Shown here: piece after piece, positions 12,455 to 25,685 of the stretch | Layout: every line of letters begins with the position of its first letter | How positions within the stretch are numbered: the stretch's first letter is position 1 | Assembly: GCA_038087875.1 (NCBI GenBank) | Contig: CM075995.1 | Location: forward strand, 2,978,001 to 3,042,000 | Reading direction: 5' to 3' | Source: Malacoraja senta | Lineage: Eukaryota | DNA: 64,000 bases | Program-made: the position numbers and the translations under genes | The notes under the pieces: model-generated | Database searches by the model: none | What the model was told of the DNA's origin: nothing | What the model saw: only the letters and a program-made list of their open reading frames with translations

Positions 12455-14057
12455 CAGTGGCTTGCAAAAGTTTTCATACCCCTTGAACTTTTCCACATTT
12501 TGTCACGTTACAACCACAAACGTAAATGTATTTTATTGGGATTTTATGTGATAGACCAACACAAAGTGGTGCATAATTGTGAAGTGGAAGGAAAATGATA
12601 CATGGTTTTCAAATTTTTTTACAAATAGAAAACTGAAAAGTGTGGCGTGCAAAAGTATTCAGCCCCCTTTACTCTGATACCCCTAAATAAAACCCAGTGC
12701 AACCAATTGCCTTCAGAAGTCACCTAATTAGTAAATAGAGTCCACTTGTGTGTAATTTAATCTCAGTATAAATACAGCTGTTCTGTGAAGGCCTCAGAGG
12801 TTTGTTAGAGAACATTAGTGAACAAACAGCATCATGAAGCCCAAGGAACACACCAGACAGGTCAGGGATAAAGTTGTGGAGAAGTTTAAAGCAGGGTTAG
12901 GTTATAAAAAAATATCCCAAGCTTTGAACATCTCACGGAGCACTGTTCAATCCATCATCCGAAAATGGAAAGAGTATGGCACAACTGCAAACCTACCAAG
13001 ACACGGCCGTCCACCTAAACTGACAGGCCGGGCAAGGAGAGCATTGATCAGAGAAGCAGCCAAGAGGCCCATGGTAACTCTGCAGGAGCTGCAGAGATCC
13101 ACAGCTCAGGTGGGAGAATCTGTCCACAGGACAACTATTAGTCGTGCACTCCACAAATCGGGCCTTTATGGAAGAGTGGCAAGAAGAAAGCCATTGTTGA
13201 AAAAAACCCATAAGAAGTCCCGTTTGCAGTTTGCCACAAGCCATGTGGGGGACACAGCAAACATGTGGAGGAAGGTGCTCTGGTCAGATGAGACCAAAAT
13301 TGAAGTTTTTGGCCTAAATGCAAAACGCTATGTGTGGCGGAAAACTAACACTGCACATCACCCTGAACACACCATCCCCACTGTGAAACATGGTGGTGGC
13401 AGCATCATGCTGTGGGGATGCTTTTCTTCAGCAGGGACAGGGAAGCTGGTCGGAGTTGATGGGAAGATGGATGGAGCCAAATACAGGGCAATCTTGGAAG
13501 AAAACCTGTTAGAGTCTGCCAAAGACTTGAGACTGGGGCGGAGGTTCACCTTCCAGCAGGACAACGACCCTAAACATACAGCCAGAGCTACAATGGAATG
13601 GTTTAGGTCAAAGCATATTCATGTGTTAGAATGGCCCAGTCAAAATCCAGACCTAAATCCAATTGAGAATCTCTGGCAAGACTTGAAAATTGCTGTTCAC
13701 AGACGCTCTCCATCCAATCTGACTGAGCTTGAGCTATTTTGCAAAGAAGAATGGGCAAACATTTCAGTCTCTAGATGTGCAAAGCTGGTAGAGACATACC
13801 CCAAAAGACTTGCAGCTGTAATTGCAGCGAAAGGTGGTTCTACAAAGTACTGAATACTTTTGCACGCAACACTTTTCAGTTTTATATTTGAAAAAAAATT
13901 TGAAAACCATGTATCATTTTCCTTCCACTTCACAATTATGCACCACTTTGTGTTGGTCTATCACATAAAATCCCAATAAAATACATTTACGTTTGTGGTT
14001 ATAACGTGACAAAATGTGGAAAAGTTCAAGGGGTATGAAAACTTTTGCAAGCCACTG
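12455..14057 (+). mobile_element. Full-length Tc1/mariner DNA transposon, Passport-like, with long TIRs
   Basis: TA TSD (12453-54 and 14058-59); 208-bp TIRs 12455-12662 and 13850-14057 starting CAGTGGCTTGCAAAAG, about 4 mismatches; repeat GCAAAAGTWTTCA at both ends of each TIR. Confidence 0.97.
12834..13853 (+). CDS. Tc1 DD34E transposase, 339 aa, uninterrupted
   Basis: Paired-like HTH with GRPPK linker and RVARRKP; catalytic WSDET, QQDND, then exactly 34 residues to NPIE; ends GGSTKY, as I recall for fish Passport transposase. Confidence 0.95.
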   Translation: MKPKEHTRQVRDKVVEKFKAGLGYKKISQALNISRSTVQSIIRKWKEYGTTANLPRHGRPPKLTGRARRALIREAAKRPMVTLQELQRSTAQVGESVHRTTISRALHKSGLYGRVARRKPLLKKTHKKSRLQFATSHVGDTANMWRKVLWSDETKIEVFGLNAKRYVWRKTNTAHHPEHTIPTVKHGGGSIMLWGCFSSAGTGKLVGVDGKMDGAKYRAILEENLLESAKDLRLGRRFTFQQDNDPKHTARATMEWFRSKHIHVLEWPSQNPDLNPIENLWQDLKIAVHRRSPSNLTELELFCKEEWANISVSRCAKLVETYPKRLAAVIAAKGGSTKY

Positions 14058-14059
14058 TA

Positions 14060-14675
14060 TCTATCTATATACTATTAAAACTTTGTGTGTGTGTGGATGT
14101 GTGGGTGTGTGGGTGTGTGGGTTTGTGTCAGATTTGGCCTTTGATTCCTTGCTCCGCCAAAACCACATGCGAAAACTCCGCGATTTTTTCCATTTCGCTA
14201 GACATTACACTTTTACATACCCTAACACACTCCTTATTGGATTTAGACATTTTTATGTACACTTTTTAAAAATAAAATCCATCCCCCCCCACCCCCACTC
14301 ACTCATTTTGTCTCCTCCTGCTGGCCAGCCACCATAACGGCTGCTGCCGCCCGGCTCTACTCCAAAAACGCCACCATTTTTTTTCTTAGCGGTTTTATCT
14401 GCTGCCGCCTGCCTTCTACCCCCCCCCACCCCCCAGGCCGGCTCTCTCACACTGGCTCAAGCGCCCGGCTCTCTTCCAAAAACGCTGACATTTTATTTTT
14501 TCGCTGCTGCCGCCCGGCTCTCCTCAACTACCGCCCCCCCCCCCCGGGCAGGCTCTCTCACGCTGGCTCAAGACGCTGTCTACGCCGTCAAGACGTTGAA
14601 GCACATTCGGGAACCAGACCCCGTGGTCTGAAGCACGTTCGGGGTCCAGACCCAACGGGTCTGCTCTTGGTCTAG
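14060..14675 (+). mobile_element. Non-autonomous Helitron
   Basis: Inserted between A and T of the CR1 with no TSD; 5' TCTATCTATATACTATTAAAACT; 3' hairpin CAGACCC-AAC-GGGTCTG followed by CTCTTGGT-CTAG. Confidence 0.88.
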
Positions 14676-15302
14676 TAAAATTATAAAAGGTCTGGACAAG
14701 GTAGATGCAGAAAAAATGTTCCCAATGTTGGGCGAGTCCAGAACCAGGGGCCACAGTCTTAGAATAAAGGGGAGGTCATTTAAGACTGAGGTGAGAAAAA
14801 ACGTTTTCACCCAGAGAGTTGTGAATTTATGGAATTCCCTGCCACAGAGGGCAGTGGAGGCCAAGTCACTAGATGGATTTAAGAGAGAGTTAGATAGAGC
14901 TCTAGGGGCTAGTGGAGTCAAGGGATATGGGGAGAAGGCAGGAACGGGTTATTGATAGGGGACGATCAGCCATGATCAGAATGAATGGTTCGAAGGGCCG
15001 AATGGCCTCCTCCTGCACCTATTTTCTATGTTTCTATGTTTCTATGTTTCTAAGCCTGTATGTCTTTGGAGTGTGGGAGGAAACCGGAGCACCCGTAGAA
15101 AACCCACGTGGTCACAGGGAGAACGTACAAACTCTCTCAACAAACTTAATTAATATGAAAGATAGATGTAAAATGCTGGGGTAACTCAGGGGGTCAAGCA
15201 GCGTCTCTGGAGAAAATGGATAAGAGACGTTTCAGGTCGGGACCCTTCTTCAGACTGATAGTAGCAGGGAGAGTGGGAAAAAAATTGCGGAGGCTCCAGG
15301 CT

Positions 15303-15580
15303 AGTGTTGTTGTTGTTCGTCCTTCGTAATCGAAGAAGACCATGACTTCAGTGTTTTTGTTTGTGGGTCCGGAGGTGACTGGCTCGCCCGCATATGGGAT
15401 ACAGTTGGGTGGGTGCTGCAGTAGAAGTTGAAGAGGCTCGAGCTTTGCACGCGGCGCGTCTCCTCTGAAGCTGGCCCTTGTCTGCTGGTCGCGTTTCACT
15501 TAGTGCTGCTATGTCCACATTGTAGCGAGCTAGTTCTTTGGCGACCAGTGCACTTGCAGTGGGACAGGTCCATTAGGCTT
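15303..15580 (-). mobile_element. 3' end of an RTE-clade LINE
   Basis: Minus strand encodes PICGRA/SHLRTHK, then GTCATGGTCTTCTTCGATTACGAAGGACG and an (AAC)n tail. Confidence 0.7.
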
Positions 15581-15939
15581 TGGCCTCTGGTACTCGACTC
15601 TCCCACTAGTGGAAACATCCTATTCACGTCCACTCTATCCGGGCACTGAATCCAGTGTTTCCTGTGTTCCTTTGCAGATGAACAAAGTTGTAGGAGGTGA
15701 GTGGGAAGCATTGATTTGTTTTTTTAATCCAGAATTTCCTATGTTCCCAGAAAAATCCCTGCAAACACGTTCAGCTGCCATCCCAGTTAATTCACACAAA
15801 GAGTGTTGCGCTCAGGAGATTGAACAGTATTATTCAAGCCAATTACCCAAGAAACCTTAGTCTTAGGAGTGTGACAGGAAACTGGAGCAGAGGGAGTAAA
15901 CCCCACGTGGTCACAGCCAGAATGTACAAACCCCGACCA

Positions 15940-16705
15940 CTCCCTCTTTTCGAAATGGAAGTGTGAAAATGCACACCTCCGGATTATGGGACAGTTTCTA
16001 CCCAGCTGTTATCTGGCAACTGAACCATTCTACCTTCTTCTTAGGCCCCCCTCGGTCATGGCTGACCATGGGTGTCTCCAGGGTGTTATTCCCTATATGG
16101 AGGACGCCTGTGCGTGACTTTGTTTAACGTGGGGAGACTGGTGCACAGCAGCACCCCACGGTCCTTGACAGATCTGGGTCAGGATCCAGTGGCATGGAGT
16201 CCAAGACGACCGGAGACCCATTTCTGCTGCAGCCTTCATCCGCCTTCCCAGCTGTTGTGACGCTGCACTAAGGTCAGCCATCATCCCCTGCCTGTTCCAC
16301 CATTGAGGTCTTGGTTGGATTGCTCTTTGTCAGAGACCTCCCCCCTCGACCTTACCGTCATGGGTGGCTCTACAAGGAGCATAGCTCCAGACGGCTTCGC
16401 TCTCAGGATCTCAGGACCACACAAGTTTCTTCACCACGACAAGGTGACCATCCTACCAACAACTGGAGAGCAGTCTTGAGCTACTATCCACATCATTGGA
16501 GACCCTCAGACTATCATTGATTGGACTTTACTGGACTTTATCTTGCACTAAATTATATTCACGTTATTCCCTTTATCATGTATCTGTACATTGTGGATGG
16601 CTCGATTGTAATCATGTATTGTCTTTCCACCGTCTGGTTAGCACGTGACAAAAGCTTTTCCCTGTACCTCGGGTCACGTGGCAATGAACTGAAGTCAAAC
16701 TCAAA
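15940..16705 (+). mobile_element. Rex1-type 3' fragment split by an RTE-derived insertion
   Basis: CCCAGCTGTTATCTGGCAACTGAACC ... CTGTACCTCGGGTCACGTGGCAATGAAC. Confidence 0.7.
16035..16446 (-). mobile_element. Non-autonomous RTE-derived SINE-like element
   Basis: About 11-bp TSD ACCATTCTACC/ACCATCCTACC; tail CCTAAGAAGAAG; homologous to 58660-59373 and 54758-54998. Confidence 0.7.
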
Positions 16706-16929
16706 CAGCACTCGTAGTCAGGATGGAACCCGGGTCTCTGACACTGTAAGGCAGCAACTCTACCACTGCGCCACCGTGCCGCCCCTCTAGGATATCAATC
16801 CAGACCACCAAACTTCCCATCCCCAAGGGAAAGTAATGGCTGATCCATGCTGAGTTCAGCTAACCAGCGCTAGATTGGGATCAAATATGATACCCAATGT
16901 GCGATGACCCATCTCGTCATCCTCCTGAA

Positions 16930-17485
16930 TATCGGCGAGACCAAGTACAGGCACGCTGAACACCTCCGCACAGTGCGTCTAAACTGAACTGATCTCCCGG
17001 TTGCTCAACACTTGAATTCCCCCTCCCATTCCCACACTGACCTTTCTGTCCTGGGCCTCCTCCATTGTCAGAGTGAGGCCCCAGCGCAAATTGGAGGAAC
17101 AGCACCTCATATTTCGTTTAGGCAGCTTACACCCCAGCGGTATGAATATTGACTTCTCTAACTTCAAGTAACCCTTGCATTCCATCTCTCTCCATCTCCT
17201 CCCCATTCCTAGTTCTCCGACCAGTCTGACTGTCCCCCGTTTAACATTCTATCTCTGTTTGTTTTGTTGTCACCTTCTCCAAGCTAACAATGATCTATTC
17301 TACATTGTCCACGACCCGTGTCTCTTTTGATGTCTCGTTTTCACACCTCTCCCTTCTCTATCTCCGTGTCTCCCTCACCCCCAGTCTGAAGAAGGGTCTC
17401 GACCCGAAATGTCACCCATTCCTTCTCTCCAGAGATGCTGCCTCTCCCGCTGAGTTCCTCCAGCACTTTGTGTCTATCTTCGACC
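16930..17485 (+). mobile_element. Penelope-like element 3' part (GIY-YIG remnant, 3' UTR, hammerhead-like core)
   Basis: IGETK..EHLR..VAQHLNSPSH..VLGLLHCQSEAQRKLEEQHLIFRLGSLHPSGMNIDFSNFK*; core at 17386-17413. Confidence 0.85.
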
Positions 17486-18019
17486 CAGGTGGTGCCATCC
17501 TCTCAATGTAAACAAGGGAAATAAAGACCTCCGGAGGTAACACAAGACATGTGTTCACCGCACTATCGATGGGAGGAAACCCTGAAGCAGAGCAAATGTA
17601 CGTATGTTTTAGACCCCCCTCCCCCCCAGGTCCCAAATCCATATGACCCAAACCAACACAAGACTTCATTGTTAGTCCCCTACAAGCAGAAACCACTCTA
17701 AACATAAGCATAACGAAAACCTCATTAACAACAGTCTGTCTGCTGCTTGCTTCAAGTCACCTAAGGCTATCCAGAAGACCGGCAATTAGCAGTGAAAAGA
17801 ATATCCTCTGTATTGATTAAGAAATTATGCTTCCCATTTTAAATGACTTCCTCATTTTGGATACAGATTCTGTAAGTTCAGCCTTAATAACTTACACATG
17901 TCTGCAGGCCCAGCAGCTAAAAGTAACACAAATAGGCCCCCGCATCAAATCTTTGCAGGCAGTGAAGCTGAATGGTATTTGTACCGAATGGTATGTCACG
18001 TTTACGCATCTTACACTTC

Positions 18020-18312
18020 ATAAGGTCATAAGTGATAGGAGCAGAATTAGGACATTCGGCCCATCAAGTCTACTCCGCCATTCAATCATGGCTGATCTAT
18101 CTCTCCCTCCTAACCCCATTCGCCTGCTTCTCCCCATATCCTCTGACACCCATGCTAATCAAAAATCTTTCTATCTCTGCCTTAATTATACCAACTGACT
18201 TGGCCTCCACAGCATTCTGTGGCAAAGAATTCCACAGATTCACCACCCTCTGACTAAAGAAATTCCTCCTTATCTACTTCCTAAAGGAATGTCCTTAAAT
18301 ATGACCTCTAGT
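18020..18312 (-). mobile_element. CR1 3' fragment
   Basis: GGAGCAGAATTAGG..CATCAAGTCTACTCCGCCATTCAATCATGGCTGATC terminal block. Confidence 0.75.
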
Positions 18313-19697
18313 CATCATTCTCCAGGACCGGACAATGTTTCCCCCTCTACCCTCAAGCTCTGTGCCGAACAACTGGCACCAGTCTACACAGACATTTTCA
18401 ACCCGTCCCTGTAAACCTGGACTGTCCCTGCCTGCTTCAAAATATCCACTATTGTCCCTGTACCCAAAAAGACTAGGATTACTGGTCTTAATGACAACAG
18501 GCCTATCGCACTGACCTCTGTAGTCATGAAGACCCTTGAAAGACGTGCTGGCCCAGCTGAAAAATATCACAAACCCCTGCTGGACCCTCTGCATTTTGCA
18601 TACCGGGCCAATAGATCTGTGGATGATGGTCAACCTGGGCCTATACTTCATCCTCCAGCACCTAGACCGCCAGGGGACCTATGCAAGGATTTTGTTTGTG
18701 AATTTGAGATCTCCATTCAACACCATTGTGCCAGAGCTACTACACTCCAAACTCTCCAAGTTGACTGTGCATGAACCCCTCTGTCAGAGGATCACCAACT
18801 TCCTGACAGACAGGAAGCAGCATGTGAAGCTGGGAAAACACATCGGACTCGCTGACCCTCAGCATAGGAGCACCGCAAGGCTGCGCGCTCTCTCCTCTCC
18901 TTTACCTCTCTCTGCATCAATGACTGCACCTCCACTGACTCCTCCGTCAAGCTTCTCAAGTTTGCGGACGACACAACCCTGATTGGACTGATCCCAGGAT
19001 GGGTAGAACCTGCCTACAGACAGTAAATGACTCAGCTGGTGTCCTGGTGCCGTAACAACAACCTAGAGCTCAATGCTCTTAAGACAGTGGAATTGATTGT
19101 AGATTTTGGAGAGCTCCAACGCCCCTCCCCCCACTCACCATCAACAACACCCACAGTCAAATCTGTGGAGTCTTTTAAGTTCATTGGAACCATCATCTCC
19201 AAGGACCTTAAATAGGGGGCCACCATCGACTCCATAGTCAAAAAGCCCCAACAGAGGATGTACTCCCTGCGGCAGCTGAGAAATCAATCTACATAGGCAA
19301 TGATGGTCCAATTCTACACGGCCATCATAGAGTCTATCCTCACCTTCTCCATCATGGATTGGTTTGGCTCAGCCACCAAGCACGACATCCGGAGGCTGCA
19401 GCAAATCTTCCGATCAGCTGAGAAGGTTGTTGGCTGCAACCTTCCTCCCATTGACAAACTGTACACTGCAAGGGCCAGGAAGTGAGCGGGTAAGATCATC
19501 TCTGACCCCTCTCGCCCTGGCCACAAACTCTTTGATGCACTTCCCTCTGGAAGGTGACTCCGGAACGTCAAAGCTGCCACAGCCAGACATAGAAACAGCT
19601 TTTTTTTTCCCACGAGCAGTAGCTCTACTCAATAACCAAAAATCTGTAGCCTCCTTTTGCGCTGGTATTTTATTTCATTCACATGTTTAAACTACAA

Positions 19698-20830
19698 TCT
19701 ACATAACTAAAAGTCTCATCTTGACCACTTCCTGTCTGCGCTCTATATGATTTTAGAAAAACGCTACCATATATCACTATGATTGTTGGCCATCTTACTG
19801 ACAGTCCTCCTCCACTGAGGCAGCCCCAAGGATTTTTCAGATTGATGAAAAATTAAAAATTTATGAGTGTTTAAAAAATCTTGATCAGCTGATTGGTCCT
19901 CTTGCCTGTCAATCACCATGATGAAGGTAATGCCCCTTCCCGGGGTGGGGGGGGGGGGGGGGGGACAGGACTATAAAACCCCGGATGCCTAGACGTGAAA
20001 CAGTCACTCTGGAAGATCATGAGGGAGAGTCCACAACTGTGATTCTAAGCTGTGAATCAACTGAACTGTGGATCTGCAATGTACTTGCAATAAATGATTT
20101 GTTCGCCCTTAATGACAATGCAATGAGTTGTTTGGCAATTTGGTGGACTGCACTCTGCTTGACATGCTATGAAATTGAAAGTGGTAGCCTGCACTCTGCT
20201 TGAAATGCTATGGAATTGAATGTGGTGACCTGCACTCTGCTTGAAATGATATGAAATTGAATTGCGGTGGCCTGAATTCTGCTTGAAATGTTATGAAATT
20301 GAATGTGGTGGCCTTCACTGCTTGAAATGCTATGAAATTGAATGTGGTGGCCTGCACTCTGCTTGAAATGCTATAAAATTGAATGTGGTGGCCAGCAATC
20401 TGCTTGAAATGCTATGAAATTGAATGTGATGGCCTGCACTCTGCTTGAAATGCTATGAAATTGAATGTGGTGGACTGCACTCTGCTTGAAATGCTATGAA
20501 ATTGAATTTGGTGGCCTGCACTCTGCTCGAAATGCTATGAAATTGAATTTGGTGGCCTGCTCTCTCTGCTTGAAAATGGAATTTCAAGGAATAGCCATGA
20601 GTGAACTGCCAGCCCACCAGCCCTGAGTGATTGATGAGCCAGCCCCCCAGCCCTGAGTGACTGAGCTGCCAGCCCAATAATCAATTCGGCCACAGTCCAT
20701 ACTAGCCCTCTGGAAACCAGTCCCTTTGGCCCACAGTGCTGCAGAACCCCCACCACCACACCCCCACCCTCCGGCCACAAATATTGGAATTGGTGGAGAG
20801 GTGGAATATTGCGGGTCCCACTTAGTCTAG
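19698..20830 (+). mobile_element. Non-autonomous Helitron with internal minisatellite
   Basis: A|TCTACATAACTAAAA ... GGGTCCCACTTAGTCTAG|T; no TSD; the LINE 3' UTR rejoins across it; only half of the 3' hairpin remains. Confidence 0.78.
20141..20575 (+). repeat. 41-bp minisatellite, about 10.5 copies
   Basis: Consensus GAAATGCTATGAAATTGAATGTGGTGGCCTGCACTCTGCTT, head-to-tail with no spacers. Confidence 0.95.
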
Positions 20831-20999
20831 TGTATTATTATTAATGCTTAATGTTTTATGTGTCATTCTTATTGTTACTGTATGTCATGTTGTTGCATGC
20901 GAGCGGAGCATCAAGGTAAATTCCTTGTATGTGTACATACTTGGCCAATAAACTTATTCATTCATTCATTCGTTCATTCATTCATTCCCATACTCTCCC

Positions 21000-21137
21000 A
21001 CTTCTGTATCTCTGTGATTCCTTCTTCCCCTGACTCAGTCTGAAGAAGGCTCTTGACCTGAAACATCACCCATTCCTTTCTATCTAGAGATGCTGCCTGT
21101 CCCCGCTGAGTTTCTCCAGCATTTTGTGTCTATCTTT
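21000..21137 (+). mobile_element. Penelope-derived terminal unit
   Basis: CCCTGACTCAGTCTGAAGAAGGCTCTTGACCTGAAACATC..GATGCTGCCTGTCCCCGCTGAG. Confidence 0.65.
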
Positions 21138-21204
21138 GTTATTCTGATCATTATTCACCAGGTTATGATTAAACTTTTTAATTGCTTTAGGAATTGTTAT
21201 CATA

Positions 21205-23021
<1,817 letters not shown>

Positions 23022-23029
23022 AATAGATA

Positions 23030-23195
23030 CTAGACCAAGTGGGACCCGTTGGGTCCCTGTCGCATGGGAGGGCTGGTTCCCAAACACACCACTCACCCAT
23101 AGCCCCCAACTGCGCAGGCATGGCTGACGGGTTCCCGTTGTGATGCCAGAGATCCCCGTTGTGACGCGTTCCCGTTGGGTCTGTTTCCCCTTGAA
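23030..23195 (-). mobile_element. Helitron 3' end on the minus strand
   Basis: Minus strand GGGACCC-AAC-GGGTCCC-ACTTGGT-CTAG|T. Confidence 0.8.
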
Positions 23196-23531
23196 TGTTG
23201 TGGTCGTATGTCCATAATTAGAAACAAGAAACATAGAAAATAGGTGTGTGTGTGTGTAGAAAATAGGTGCAGGAGTAGGCCATTCGGCCTCTGAACCATT
23301 CAATATGCTCATGGCTGATCATCCAAAATCAGTACCCCGTTCCTGCTTTCTCCCCATATCCCTTAATTTTGTTTGCCCTAAGAGCTTTATCTAGCTCTAT
23401 TTTGAAAATTAGCTCTTATCCCGCACTATTTGACTAAGTCTCAAAGGTACTGCAACTAAAGCATGACTGGCCAACCTTGCTAAGTCCCAGAAACCAATTA
23501 TTACAACCCGAGCATTGCTTCACAAGTGAAG

Positions 23532-23845
23532 GACGGCACAGTGGCGCAGCGGTTGTTGCTGCCTAATGGTGCAAGAGATCTGGGTTCGATCCTGACCACG
23601 GGTGCTGTTTGTACGTTCTCCCTGTGACTGAGTGGGTTTTCTCCGGGTGTCCTGGATTCTTCCCCCCAATCCAAAGACATACAGGTTTGTACGGTAATTT
23701 GGCTTTGGTAAAAAATAGTAAATTGTCCCTCGTGAGTAAGAACACCTAGTGTTCGGGAGAGATCGCTGGTTGGAGCGGACTCGATGGGCTGAAGGGCCTG
23801 TTTCCGCACAGTATCGCTAAAGTCAAAAGTAAAGTTAAAGTCTAA
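23532..23845 (+). mobile_element. V-SINE
   Basis: A and B boxes, V domain, tail. Confidence 0.85.
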
Positions 23846-23994
23846 ATGATGAAAAATATCAAATGGAGTGGTAGAACCATTCTGCACTCCAGGGCAAAAG
23901 ATAGGCTGGCAGCAACACTGTCAGACACCGTCCGTCAGGCAAAACGTAAAGACACGGGATTATCTGGCCCCCCCAGTAGAACAAGGAAGTTCCA

Positions 23995-24220
23995 ATGTGT
24001 GCAGGAAGGAACTGCAGATGCTGGTTTAAACCGAAGACAGGCACAAAAAGCTGGAGTAACTCAGCGGGACAGGCAGCATCTCTGGAGTGAAGGAATGGGT
24101 GACTTTTCGCGTCTAGACCCTTCTTCAGTCTCAAGAAGGGTCTTGACCCGAAATATCATCCATTCCTTCACTCCAGAGATGCTGCCTATCCCGCTGAATT
24201 GCTCCAGCTTTATGTGCCAA
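23995..24220. repeat. Inverted pair of Penelope-derived terminal units
   Basis: AAAGCTGGAGTAACTCAGCGGGACAGGCAGCATCTCTGGAG..CCCTTCTTCAGTCTCAAGAAGGG..CTCCAGAGATGCTGCCTATCCCGCTGAATTGCTCCAGCTTT. Confidence 0.8.
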
Positions 24221-24864
24221 AGGAAGGTCCAATAACTTTATTGTGAAAAATATCAGGCCTTTCTCCCCAGTCGTTTTGACCAGCGTATATCACTTGAGAA
24301 ACATCACCAAAAATGAAAAGTGTATCAGTTTCAGTTTCAGTTCAGTTTCGAGGTACAGTGAGAAGCTTTTTTGTTGCGTGCTGGCCAGTCAGCAGCTGGT
24401 GGAGCTGCAGCTTCACAACACCCAGAAATCAGGGTTCGATCCTGACCTTGGGTGCTATCTATGACTCGTTTGCACGCTCTCCCGGTGACCGCGTGTGGTT
24501 GCTCTGATTTCCTCCCACATCCCAAAGTGTGGGTTTGTAGGTTAACTGGTAAATGGGTCCTGTTGTGCAGGGAATGGATGAGAAACTGGGTGGACAATAT
24601 AATGTAGAACTAGTGTGAATGGGTGATCGATGGTTGGCATGGACTCGATGGGCCGAAGAACTTGTTTCTATTCTGTATCTTTCAATCAATTGTATACTCC
24701 GGAATTTAGAAGGATGAGAGGATATCTTATTGAGACATATAAGATTATTAAGGGTTTGGACATGCCAGAGGCAGGAAACATGTTTCCCAATGTTGGGGGA
24801 GTCCAGAACCAGGGGCCACAGTTTTAGAACAAGGTGTAAGCCATTTAAAACGGAGATGAGACAT

Positions 24865-25685
24865 TGAAACATAGAACATAGGTGCAGGAGGAGGCCATTT
24901 GGCCCTTCGAGCCAGCACCGCCATTCATTGTTATCATGGCTGATCGTCCCAATCAATAACCCGTGCCTGCCTTCTCCCCATATCCGTTGATTCCACTAGC
25001 CCCTAGAGCTCTATCTAACTCTCTCTTAAATCCATCCCAGTGATTTGGCCTCCACTGCGCTCTGTGCAGCGAATTCCACAAATTCACAACTCTCTGGTTG
25101 AAAAAGTTTTTTCTCACCTCAGTCTTAAATGACCTCCCCTTTATTCTAAGACTGTGGCCCCTGGTTCTGGACTCGCCCAACATTGGGAACATTTTTCCTG
25201 CATCTAGCTTGTCCAGTCCTTTTATAATTTTATATGTTTCTATAAGATCCCCCCTCATCCTTCTAAACTCCAGTGAATACAAACTTAGTCTTTTCAATCT
25301 TTCCTCATATGACAGTCCCGCCAGCCCAGGGATCAATCTCGTGAACCTACGCTGCACTGCCTCAATCACAAGGATGTCCTTCCTCAAATTAGGAGACCAA
25401 AACTGTACACAATACTCCAGATGTGGTCTTACCAGAGCCCTATACATCTGCAGAAGAACTTCTTTACTCCTATACTGAAATCCTCTTGTTATGAAGGCCA
25501 ACATTCCATTAGCTTTCTTCACTGCCTGCTGTACCTGTAAGCCAACTTTCAGTGACTGGTGTACAAGGACGCCCAGGTCTCGCAGTACCTCCCCCTTACC
25601 TAACCTAACCCCATTGAGATAATAATCTGCCCCCTTGTTTTTGCCGCCATAGCGGATAACCTCACATTTATCTATATTATACTGG
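24865..25685 (-). mobile_element. 5'-truncated CR1 LINE with open RT C-terminal frame
   Basis: ORF 24953-25699 (248 aa) FNxDKC-like..RDLGVLVH..LVRPHLEYCVQFWSP..WNSL. Confidence 0.92.

Larger units (their letters stand above)
12040..15050 (+). mobile_element. CR1 LINE interrupted by Tc1 and Helitron insertions
   Basis: CR1 sequence stops at ..GAAACATA (12454), resumes at TAAAATTATAAAAGG (14676) and ends in (TTTCTATG)n; ORFs 12102-12326 and 14716-14955. Confidence 0.9.
18320..20987 (+). mobile_element. Degenerate Rex1/Babar LINE (second family) with a Helitron in its 3' UTR
   Basis: Frameshifted RT pieces ([47 protein letters not shown]); AATAAA plus (ATTC)n tail at about 20948-20987. Confidence 0.85.

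Noticed and set aside
20141..20575. Regular repeat array as a CRISPR
   Set aside because: Units are contiguous 41-mers with no unique spacers, there are no cas genes, and the array sits inside a Helitron in eukaryotic DNA.
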